Source: Yuukianura sp. NJ FZ-2021
Lineage: Eukaryota
Assembly: GCA_046563655.1 (NCBI GenBank)
Contig: CM102285.1
Span: 8,928,001 to 8,992,000 of the forward strand
DNA length: 64,000 bases
Direction of reading: 5' to 3'
The translations under genes were made by a program, and so were the position numbers. The notes under the pieces are model-generated. The model searched no databases. It was given only the letters and a program-made list of their open reading frames with translations, and was not told the origin of the DNA. Of the stretch, positions 38,355 to 51,306 are shown piece by piece (position 1 is the stretch's first letter; each line of letters begins with the position of its first letter).

Positions 38355-40425
38355 TTTCAAAACATTGAAAATCCAAGTCAGATTGAGATCTTCTTCCCAG
38401 GAATCCTTTGGTTTTGTTCAAACGTCAAGAACAAACTAACATTGAACAGCACTTTGAGACGCCCAACATGCTTTAAGGGTCACAGATTCCCCCGAATACT
38501 CTAAAATCATAATTGAATTTTTCACTTCACACGGTCGATTAGTGGAGGGATCTTGTTAAGATCATGCTAATGCATTAATGCATCCCCACTTATCACTTAG
38601 CACTTTAATAACATGATACGGTCCATGAAATTAAAACAAAGCTGTTCACACTTCTGTTTAGGATTAGACAAAACACAGATCCGAAACATGCATGGACACA
38701 GTAAGGGCTCGACAACAAAAGATGCACTCTGAAGATTCTTAAAATCTTTGAACACTTTCACTTTTCTACCCTTGACTATTCAAAATTTTGTTCAAAACAA
38801 CAAAAACAGTACGTCAAATACAAATAAAAAACCTTTTTGAAGAAATTTTCAAAAGTTTTTCAAAGCAAATGATCAGCACATTACCATTCTTCCGCTGCAG
38901 AAGCTATACTTTTCAGGTCACGTCTGGACTTGAAAATTCTTGTTTTCAATTTCTTGTTTAATTTTTTTGAGAACAAGTTTGTTCTAATAAAATGCTCAGC
39001 GAATTCTCCGTTTTTTCAAGCAAACCAATTGTTAATTGATTTCCCCAGACTTGAAATGGGAGTGATCAGTTGAATAAATAAACCTAGATTAATAGCCGCG
39101 TCTTCTGGATCCCAAAGGGCGTCGATTCAATTCAATTACACTTGAGAGGCCCACTTTGTAATTCACTCTCGCCTCATCTTTAAGTTATTGTTATCTTGAA
39201 TCTCAAGGAGAACAAAAGCCTTCAGAATGGAAAAAATGAATGGTGGGTGTACGTCTTTAAGATGAAGGTTTAGAACAATATTCAGCAGAAGTTGGAAGAT
39301 GACTTTAGAATCTCCTTCCGTTGAAGCAGAGGAGAGACTGACTGGGAAGGAAGCCTTTGAAGATGAAGTGACTGGAGGGACCAGATTATGAGCTACACTG
39401 GACCAAGGAGGCTGCGAGGAACTTCATCTTCCTAAAAGAATTCTTCGGAATGAGGAGGATCCTTCAAGGAACAAAAGACCATCCGCAGTCACCTTCAAAA
39501 TTAAACAAAAACAGCATCAACCTGAACCTGAGTTCATTTTTACCCTTTGTATTCAATTCAAAAGGGGCCCTTGAACTGATTGACATGAAGAGCAGCGTTA
39601 ATGAGATGATTGCAGAACTTTCTTCGGCGGAAGATCTAACAAGTTAATAATTTAAGATTGACATGCACCAGAAGATCTTCTGAAGTGTAAGAACGAAGAA
39701 GCTCCTTTCAGCTCCTTGTCATTGATGAATCTTGTTCAATTAACCTAAGGGCAGGTATCATCTTCTTAACGAGGTAAGTCCTACCCGGTGTAATCGAAAC
39801 AAGAAGTTGGTTGTCTGAAAGGGAATGTCATGACCATGAGAGCCCTTGTATGGGGATGAGGGATGCCGACGTTTTATTTATTTTCCATTTATCTTCGACT
39901 TGAGGAAAGATCCTATTGGAAAGAAGAAAAAGCAGTTAATAAATTGTATTTTTATGGTCTAAGAACGGAGTACTTGATCCTTAAGAAATGCATCTTTGGA
40001 GGTAAGCTTCCATTGGGTCAACTCTACCTTCTCTCTCAGCGGGGGTACACTTAAGTACCTTCACCATTTCTTCGGGAAATTGCATAAAAATTTCCAGTAC
40101 TTGCGTCCCGCATTTTATTGACACGACTTCCTCAAACCTTCACAATGCCGCTGAAACATTTTACAAGTGCCTGCAAATCTAACGAAGAGACGAAAGGCAT
40201 CTTTCCGATTGGTTGATTGGTATGAAGCGTTTAATAAGTCGTAAAAACCCGCCAAAACTCTTCCAACAAGTTAGACATTGTCAATTTCAAAGTGTGCAAG
40301 GTAAGAATCGGCGGTCAAAGAAATGCACAAGTCTTAGCATAGGCGTTGGAAAAGATTGAAACTTTATTTCAATTTAACATCCTTACAAAGTTGATCTTAA
40401 GATCTAGGGCTTGAAGTCAATTCCT

Positions 40426-41088
40426 TCAAAAGTTCCTGAAAAAAACAAAAAAAAAGTTCAATTACAATCAGAAGCAGTAGTGCAATGAAAAGAGTTGTTT
40501 TGGAATATGAACGCACTTTGCTAGGACACCATCCTTCTTAGATAATCGGTTGAGACAATCATCGGATTCGCCCTGCCAATCAATACAAGTGAGGTTAAAG
40601 CAAATTGAGTTTACATGAACAACATCCACAAGTAAAATGTTCCTAACCATTCTTCGGATATCACCACAAATGGCATAGGTCTTATACGAGTCCGTCATTC
40701 GGCCTGTTGCTGGGTCAACATCGGCAAGGTTGATCTGAATCGATGCGTGATCCTTAGCATGAATGATCCGGTTGCTAGCCGTGCTATCAACAAAAAATCA
40801 AAACAGATGATGAAGTTGTAGATTCATTTATCACATGTTTAGAAATCTGTTACAATTAGTACGCTTCAAGTGAGGTTATACAAATTATACAAGCACTCCG
40901 AGAGAAGTAGGTATGACCAAAAGTGCCCGGATTTCAGTTTCTTTGAACGTTCAATGAGTTAAACTTCAATCCAATTAGAACTAAAAGTAACCTAAATTTT
41001 GTCCATTCTTTCACTACGCCAATGTTTGTTTTACTTACCACTTCCTTGGAACATAAAGATCCACAAATTCTCCAGCGTCGTCTTGCAT
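40426..41088 (-). CDS. RpS21: 40S ribosomal protein S21, 4 coding exons
   Basis: Spliced protein reads [16 protein letters not shown]..., [63 protein letters not shown] and NF*. Confidence 0.97.
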
Positions 41089-41638
41089 GATTACAGTTGA
41101 TAATTAGTTAGCGTAGCCCACTTCCGAATCGAATACCGGTAATCAAACGATTATCCTCCAAACAAATGACAACCTTCAAAGAACACCAACAGCACTTTTT
41201 AGCATGAAGCAGCATGGGCAAAATCCAGAAAGAAAAATTCAGAACCAATTTGTTTCTAGTTCTCAAATATCCGCGAGATGGCAGAGCTTTTCAACCGTTA
41301 TCCACTTGGCGTGGCCTGCTGAAGACCGCGTTTTGATTTTAGTGTAAAAATTACGAAATTTCGAAAAACCGAATCTTTTTTAAAAAATGGGAATATAATA
41401 TTTTTCATTTGAAAATATGATGCTTTTGCCAATGCGATGCAATGTCATGGTAAGGTCAGACGCTTCTAAGGTTTACATGTTTATGTTTTCTGCTCATTCA
41501 AATGTTTAGATGATCCATCTCATGCAATTTGATTGCTTGTTGGCTTTGGCTCTTCGCTGGAATTTATCAAAAACCCGTACAAAGAGTGTGCTGTTCCAAC
41601 GGAAGTCAGGTCAGAGGTCACTTGAAGATTCTGCCAGC

Positions 41639-43021
41639 ATGGCTCAACCTTATCAACCTTCGGAGTACGGCTCATCGGAATCAGCCGAGTCAAGTGATAG
41701 TGCGATTGTGATTCCGGAAGGAAATGATTCACTTCCGTTGCTCAAGTATCAAAACGAAGCCTTTGAAATAAAACCACAAGAATTCACAATTCCAAAACCT
41801 TTCTACGTGGAAAATAATTACAACTTCTTCCATCCGGTAAATCAGAAATCGTCCTTCAATCATAAAGTACATAACTGTAACAATTCAATTTATTACTTTA
41901 ATTAAACTTTAGAACTACACAGCATCGTCTTTGGTCATCGACCACTACCATCAGGAGCACCACTTTCAGCACAGCAATTTACCACCCAAGCCCAGCATTA
42001 ACGCCAATACTGATGAAGAAGAAGAGGAAGACGAAGAAGATCAAGATGAAATTACGGAGAAACGTCTCAAAAAACTTACGGATATCCTCAACAGTTTTCT
42101 GTATCCGAGAGATGTCAAAGACAAGAAAGGAAGATGCTACCGACAGAATGTAAATTACGTCTAACGCAGCTTAAAACTAATGAAATCGATTTAACAACAA
42201 ATCAATGTCTTTCCAATGTCAAGAATCAATCAATTCCTAGGTATCGACAGCACCGGCGAGACCGGCTGAAGTAAAAATGCTCGCGGCTGAAGTCGAGAGA
42301 AGACTGGCCGAAAGATTTGCACGCGACACTGGTTACTGTCCAATTCGACGCGAAATTTTCAGTGACTGTTTTGGTATTAGCTTTTTAAGAGCATGTTTAA
42401 AAAAAAAACGATTCTTCGCTAAACGTGTTTTTCGGTATTTTGCAGATGAGCTTCTGCGGCAAGTGATCGTTGAAGATCCCGTCGCAGGCGTTTTGCTGGG
42501 TCGAATTCGAGACGAACTTAGAATGACTCTTAGCTGGTAATTTGTAATTTTAGTTTAAAACGTTACAAAAATCAAGTTTAAGCGGCTCAAACCATTTGTT
42601 CCTCGTGCGCTACAGTTTCCGTCGACTGAATGAAAGCATGGAAGCGTACGGATTGAAGAAGAGCATCGTCGTTGAAGCTACAATGAGTCAGCTGAATACC
42701 TTAACTACGAACGTTGACCAAGATCAAGCCAGAGTTTACAAGGAATTAATCGCTCTACGTGCAAAACATGCCCAAACTGTCGCCGATTTGAAGAAAATGG
42801 AGGTACAATTAGTCAAGGACTTTGCAGCAGATACGAAAAGCAGACATGAAGAATTGGTGTTTTTCAAAGAAATTTCCCATCAACTGAACGTAAGCGTCAT
42901 AAAAATGTCATAAATTTCAAAAGGTCGACGAAAGCAATTAATTTTCAAAATTATCAATTCAAATGTCAATTTGCAGAAAAAATTGGAAGAGGTTCGAGCC
43001 AATGCCAAAGAGTATCTCTAA
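41639..43021 (+). CDS. DNALI1: Axonemal dynein light intermediate chain p28-like with N-terminal acidic extension
   Basis: ARDTGYCPIRREIFSDCFDELLRQVIVEDPVAGVLLGRIRDELRMT matches the p28 motif (ARETGICPVRRELYSQCFDELIR). C-terminal coiled coil; stop at 43021. Confidence 0.85.
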
Positions 43022-43963
43022 ACTTTCCAAATGCTTGGCACCATGAAGCTGCTAATTGACGCATCCTGAAGAAGATGAATTAAAGATAAACGCACGATTT
43101 CATTTAAACCTACAATAAAACTCCAATTAAACAGTGTTGTGGTCAGTTAAATTGCAGAAAATTGTGTAAAAACAAGTTAAAGGGTTGATGTGCATAAGAA
43201 ATTGAAGTGGCTTGGTGTGTGATGGAAAGTTGTGCGCATAGCAGTACATCTTCTCTGCTCTCTTCAGTTTTCACACCTTCTGAATGACGTCAATGTTATT
43301 CTGCGCCTTCTCTAAATAGTCTTTTGCTATGTACCGTAATTTCCTCTTCACGTATTAGGGAAGTAGGGAAGCGACCAGGGATTGGGTTATAGTCAGTTGC
43401 AGTATGTACTGACTTGTATTTTTAAGTTATGGGTCTGCATAGGGTTGTCCTTACGAGCTAAAGTATTAATTGATAACTTACAGTGATCTTGTATTCACCT
43501 TCACAAAACTTCCATATTGCATGGGTATTATTTCCTAGAGTGATTAGTAGTATTAACTTAGATTTGCGTTAGTCATTTCGAAACAACTGCAGTTATAAAC
43601 AAAACTATACTCGTCTGCACGTAATCCAACTTCAGGGAGGGTATGAATCAAACTTAATTCTTCAGGAAAACATTGGATTTTGCGAAGGAACGAAGGAAAA
43701 CATTGTTACTAGGTCAGTTGGTAAGTGATACTTCACTTCGTTCATTCATCGTTTCCTCGTACTGAATTCGCTAGTGCTGCATCTCAAATGTTTCAAATTG
43801 GGGCAACTTTTTAGCCGTATTCGGCGGACACTTACTAACACCTACAGATTTCAACGGAATTTTACAGTGATTTAAAGATTGTCGTTTTGTTCAGCAGATT
43901 TCATCTTCTTGACGACGGGATTGCGGAAATAATCAAGAAAACGGGAATTTGCTTGCCTCATTC

Positions 43964-45748
43964 ATGCAGAATCAAAGGAGAGGTCACACACGGCGCCTAT
44001 CCTCGCTGATATCCTTCCCAAGGCCACGAACCCCGCTCGCAGTGTCAGCCTCGGGCCCGTACAGCCACAACCGCCGAGGACGGGGCACGATGCCCCTCCA
44101 TTTGTGGGGTGTGGATCGTCGAGATGTGTGGCGAACATGTATGTGTCTTCATGTCCGGACCGTTACTATTTTTATTGGAGTGTGGTATTTGGTAAGGTCA
44201 AGTTTTTGCAAGTCTAATGTTAAGTCTAAAGGCCGACTCAAGGTTTTATTCTGAATTTTAGATGCTTTACATACTGGCGCTGTCGTTTATGGCTGCGTTA
44301 CTTATGTATGAACCACACGGGGTATCAGTTGGCAGCGATCTGCCAAAAGGCGACGAACATTTGCTTCCAACACCCCAGAGCAAGAGTTCGGATGATCAGT
44401 CCACGTTTTCGGTTTGTTTATTATTCATAAGTTTAATAGCATGTTAACAAAATGGCAACTCTTGAGTGCTTGAATAATTCATTTCCTTCGTCGCGTTTGA
44501 TTATAGGCCCTAACACGAGACTTCAGAACAACACTAAACGAAGATGAGTACTCTCCTCGATCGAAAATTGATCAAATCCGGAACGGTCCTTGGAACTTGG
44601 TACTCGATACAAGGAAAGCAAATTCTCGTAAGCATTTTGGAGACCTTGACCATACCAGACCACCTTATGAACTCAACTTCGAATCCAATTTGAAATCAAG
44701 TTTAATTTTCCAGAGGTTGTTTTGCTGACTGTTTGCAACATGCTTATTACTCTCCTCATGGTCTACGGTGCTGTTCGTGGGAAGCCATCTTACCTGATGC
44801 CATTTTTTATTTTGAAAGTTTTTGAATTCTGTATCTACTGGTAAGAATATTTTTCTTCGGCATTACACTCTAGTCGAAGCTTGACTTAACCTTGGTTTCT
44901 GCATGTTTAGCTTGACGATGGTTGGGTTCTTCTCATATTTACCCAACGTTTCGGAAATAATTTCCAAGGAGCCAGCACTACCTTACAAAGAGCAACTCCT
45001 GAATCTTCCACCGCAGTTGCTCTCCCTCCTGACGCTGATCATGATCATTGGAGCAATTGCTCTCAAAGCATACGTCATAAGCGTAATTTGGAACTGCTAC
45101 AAATACTTGATGCTGAGAAATACAGTGATTCGAGGTGTTATTGCATACAGGTAAGTTTTACACACATTTTTATGAAACATGTCTAGTCGAGTCGGAGCAG
45201 GAGTTGTGGTTTTTGATAATCTAATTCAATTCATACTCAATTCAATGTGTAGAAATCCTGACGACCCTACGAATATCATTGGAATCCAGCAAAATCTACT
45301 TCCTGACCTTCCAGGTATGCCTTTACGTGTAATGAACTGCACAATACAGCAATAGCTTTTAACCGTTAACCATTGTTTGGCCACAGATTATGACACGGCT
45401 ATCAATGATCCGCGGTACGCCAAGAAACCACCTACGGAAGACGCCTCAGCATCTGAATCTACCACTGCTACAACCACGACGGCTACCAATATGACTGCCA
45501 ATAACAACGTATCAGTAACCCCGTCATCAATGACGCTTGCTCCACCCCCATACAGTGTGGCCATTGCAACGGAACCCTTCAACATTGTCATGACCCAGGA
45601 ACACCTCACAACAGCTCCGGCCCCAGTTCAAAACACTGCCGTAGAGGAAGTTCGGGTTCCCGTGGTTGTGGAAACTGTTGCTGATGCTGGCGCATCCTCC
45701 GTTGCTGCTGCTGGAACTGTCGTTGGAGCCCCAGCAAAGGATCTGTAG
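43964..45748 (+). CDS. LAPTM4: Lysosomal-associated transmembrane protein 4-like
   Basis: N-terminal motif WRTCMCLHVRTVTIFIGVWYL, four hydrophobic segments (e.g. LMVYGAVRGKPSYLMPFF and LKAYVISVIWNCYKYL), and C-terminal LPDY and PPPY Nedd4-binding motifs. Confidence 0.85.
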
Positions 45749-46672
45749 AAAACGTATGAAATTATCCATTTTGACTTGTACTGGGGGACAACTATTTTTG
45801 CTCTTTGCACGTTATTGTCGAACTTTTAGTAATTTCATCCCGAAAATCACTTTCCGAGTCAGGTCATATGATCACCACCGGGTTAAATTGGCTGTCCCAC
45901 GATATTAAAGACAAATTACTCCACGGTTCAATTGAAAAATTGTGTTTCACATAAGTCCCCCTTCCAGTATCCTCCTTCGGTTGTTTGTTATAGAGTCCCT
46001 TATAGTTTCTTCCGTTATAGAACGGCTATAATTAACATTATAAAATTATAATTTAAAAAGTAAAAAATTATAGTAATAATCTCAAGCCTCTGTGTGCACT
46101 AATTGAGTAACGAGTGTGGAGGTGTGCTAGTGTAGTCTTTCATTAACTAATTTTCCTTCTCGATTAAATCATAGGTTCTTTCATTTAACCAGAGTATTTA
46201 ACCATTGTTTTGTGAGCTTGAAGTTATAATGCCTAAAGAACATGGATGTATGCATCTACTTGACTGTACTTGACGTGGAGACATTTCATGAGAAAGAGAA
46301 ACTTATTATGGTCAGAATCAAAACGGTAGATTTAGTATGTAATTAAATTAATGTCCAGTCCAATTCCTTCATTTCCTTCTGGAAATGACCTAACTTTCAG
46401 TAGTTAGATTAACTTCCTAACTAAAACGTTCTAAAGCGAAATTCTAGAGTGTGGTTGAATTTCACGTGAAGATAAACGTAGTAGAAAGAAGCAGCCGTGT
46501 CTAGTACACTATTATTTTCTTTGAAAAATTATAACATAGGACTTAAGAGCAATGTATTTACTGTAGTTAATTAGTATAGAGATTACTTCACTTGTTCAAT
46601 TTAGTGAAAATAGTAATTGAAACAAATGGAAGAAATAAGAGTTTACGATATACCTTACGTACAAATAGGCAA

Positions 46673-48296
<1,624 letters not shown>

Positions 48297-48527
48297 TCTT
48301 GTACCTGTTGGATCAGAATTAAAAATGTCAATCAATATCAGCTGTTCGGCGAAACGATGTAAACCCTGCAAGTAAATTCAGTGCAGTGCAGTGACTGCAC
48401 TACTTCACTACTTCGCGTGCGTAGACACTTATATTTGGAAAAAAAAACAAGAATTTAGAGATTTCATAAATTATGAATCATAATTGAGTTTTGAGTGAAA
48501 TCATTTAGGAATCCCTTACCTTTTTAA

Positions 48528-48996
48528 CCCTGGTTTTTCCGATACAGTAAATATTACGTATTTTCTCGAAGGTGTACACGAGTAACTCTTAACAAAGATG
48601 GCGTTACGCGACCCTGCAATGTCCGAAGGGGTACACAAGTACCCCTCGACGCTGCCAACTCATGTCAAGTTGGCTCATTGCACACTCCTAGAAACGACAA
48701 CCACCCAAGTTCACCCGTGCGTGAGCTCCCTTATCGTGTATTTCTCGGGGTGTACACTTGTACCCCACCGGACATACAAGTTTCGGAAAGTGTCCGAAGT
48801 TGCCAATTTTGCGGATATTTCGAATTTTAGTAAATTAATGGCGGTGCCATCTGTAGGCGTGTGCAAAGGTTTCCATTTTAAACCCTTTGGACGAGGCATT
48901 CCTAAAATTTCGGCGAGGTGGCGTCGCCAATTACGTTTTTAAAGCAGATTTTGTGTTCGATGAGTTACTTTTGTACCCCTACGGGAAAAACCAGGG
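48528..48996. mobile_element. Non-autonomous piggyBac-family element, 469 bp
   Basis: TTAA target duplications at 48524-48527 and 48997-49000. Perfect 13-bp TIRs CCCTGGTTTTTCC / GGAAAAACCAGGG. An imperfect 19-bp subterminal inverted repeat (AGGTGTACACGAGTAACTC versus AGGGGTACAAAAGTAACTC) is separated from the TIRs by asymmetric spacers of ~29 and 3 bp. No transposase. Confidence 0.9.
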
Positions 48997-49632
48997 TTAA
49001 GTACTTTGAGTTTCTGCTACCTTCGTTAAGTTGACTCAAGCAAACAGGTGCTTATGAATTAATTTGCGAGATCCAAACTTTTTGTTGACAATGATAGGAA
49101 ACAATCGACACGACAAGGACGACAAGTGTTATTAAAACTCTAATTTTTAATTTGAGGACAAAAGTAAAAACAAGATTCGAAAAAATGACATCCGTTGAAG
49201 TAATGCTGAATTCCATCCACTGTAGTCCAACATTGTAACCACCAACTTGCAACTGCATGTAACCTATTCTTATAAGAACTTTGTTGATCGCAACAATCAG
49301 ACAGATACAAAACTTTTTTTAAACGTAACAGTTGAATAGTAACCACCGAATGTAACCGCTGAGTCGACAAAATCGCGTCGTCCTCGTCGGTTGCTAACTG
49401 CATGGTTGCAATGGATGCAATGTACCTTAGCCCAACCATAAAATACAACGGGTTTGTCTTTAAGTTCCTCCGCACACGCAACGTCACCAGCATTACTGGT
49501 ATGGGGCCAAGCTTGATTGGTGGTTTTAACAACACAGAATTGAATTATGCCAATGGATGGGGGGAACTGAATTTAATATAAAATAATACCGTAGTCAATA
49601 ATAAGAGATCACTGGAACGCAGTGTCATTAAA

Positions 49633-50438
49633 TTAATACAGCGAGGTTCTACTAAACACAATTTTTCCTCGGGAGCCCCGAATTCCTTGGTATTCTTGGA
49701 TAAGGCGAAACCATCTGCTGAGATTCGGATACGCCTCCTTGTCATGAAAATTCATTTGCTTCTAAAAAAAAAAAGAATTTACGAATTATGATTTTGCTAA
49801 TTTGCTAATAATTTTGAAAACATTGATAAAAACTTAGATGTTAGGATCATCAAGAGTCGATCAGGCTGTAGTTACCATTGTCAAATGCAAGCCGAAGTAA
49901 ATGAAGAAATCCGCAATCGTAGGAATACTGCCACAGAAAAAAGTACACGTAAGCAACGCCGTGTCCAATTCCTGTTAATTAACAAAATTAAAGTGTGAAA
50001 AAGCGTTCCAGCAATCCACTCAGGGATGAAGTCATTTCCGGATTACCTTCAAACCTGATTTTGATAAAATGGGATTTTCAGCAAGGACTGACGAATAGTA
50101 TTCCACCAATTGACGCGTCACGTCAATTTCCTCCGGTGTCCTGCCAAGAAAATCCTTCGCGTACTGGCTTCGTTTGCACAACCATTCCATAACATGATAC
50201 ACTCCCTGTACATTGTCTTTTTTCAGTTTTAGGTTATGTGCCTGTAAAGAATTATAAAATTCACATCAGTTAGTTAAACCAACGGAATGGTTCGTTTTAA
50301 TTTAAGTTTTACCTCGATTTCATCCTCAGGAAAGTCGATGTCGGTCAAATATTCCTTCAAATCTAAGAATGCGAGTAGATTCTTTAAATCATCCTTCCGC
50401 AGACGCGTTGGTATTTGGTTCTCAGTGTCGTCAACCAT
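49633..50438 (-). CDS. EEF1E1: Elongation factor 1 epsilon-1 / AIMP3 (p18), GST-like C-terminal domain
   Basis: Spliced translation FLGRTPEEIDVTRQLVEY...ELDTALLTCTFFCGSIPTIADFFIYFGLH...DKEAYPNLSRWFRLIQEYQGIR...IVFSRTSLY* resembles AIMP3. The ORF track misses it because the exons are short. Confidence 0.85.
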
Positions 50439-51306
50439 TGTTATTCTCTTTATTTGTTGTTCGACCTTGACCGCTTCTCCTTGTCCTTACTTCGGCGGGC
50501 CAAGAATTTGATCTGTTAAGTCAAATCGAACTTGATTTTATTTAAACTAAAAAAAATACAACCAGCAAAACCCGGCTCGGATTTAAAAAAGCATTGACAA
50601 AGTTCCCAAATTATTTAAATTTATTACTTTTTTGGAGATCTTTCGCTTTTAGATATTTAAATTTCAGCTGGTCAAGTAATCGAACGAATTTTTAGAACTG
50701 GATCAGTATCAAATATTGATTTTATCCGATTTTATCCTGTGTTTTATCAGCAGATCGAAGATCCGGTAAAAACAAGGCAATAAAAATCGATACTTCTACT
50801 TTGACTTTTCTTTGTTCAGTATTAGGTGCAAAAGAAACACCCGAAACTTTGAATTAAACACTTTCTTTTCTTTAAAAAAAAAAAGCTTGCAGCCCCAACT
50901 AAAAGAAGCTGTTTATGCTCTGGAACTTTAATTTTTTAATTAAGTTCTAATTTCTAATTATAACTTTATTGTTCTAAAACAATACCTCGTTAAAGTTAAA
51001 CTGGGTTGCACAATTTACTGAAACTCTGAATTAACCAAACCAACGAACGAGGCTCCCTTCTCATTCCTACGGACAGGAGCGGCCGACTAGAGGGGTTGCT
51101 CAAAGATTCCGGATTATCCGGATCAGCTGTTCATGTGACACATTAATATTCATGTCGGAGACGGAGAGAATCAGGTGAGTTTGTTTATACTCTTCAGATT
51201 TAGCTGATTAGCCTATTTCTTCCAGATAAATTAACTTTTGCTAATTCAATTAACTAAAATGTTATTGCTCAATCCACAGACCGAAGGAATAACGCCAAGG
51301 AGAACA

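Noticed and set aside
41089..41240. TCT/TOP start motif and a possible 35-codon uORF upstream of RpS21
   Set aside because: The transcription start cannot be fixed from sequence alone, and an alternative pyrimidine start nearer the ATG would exclude the uORF.
48598..48942. 114-aa ORF inside the piggyBac element
   Set aside because: It is too short and has no recognisable piggyBac DDD or Cys-rich motif.
49052..49535. Minus-strand ORFs between EEF1E1 and CSN5
   Set aside because: No recognisable domain and no convincing start or splice structure; likely 3' UTR or promoter sequence.
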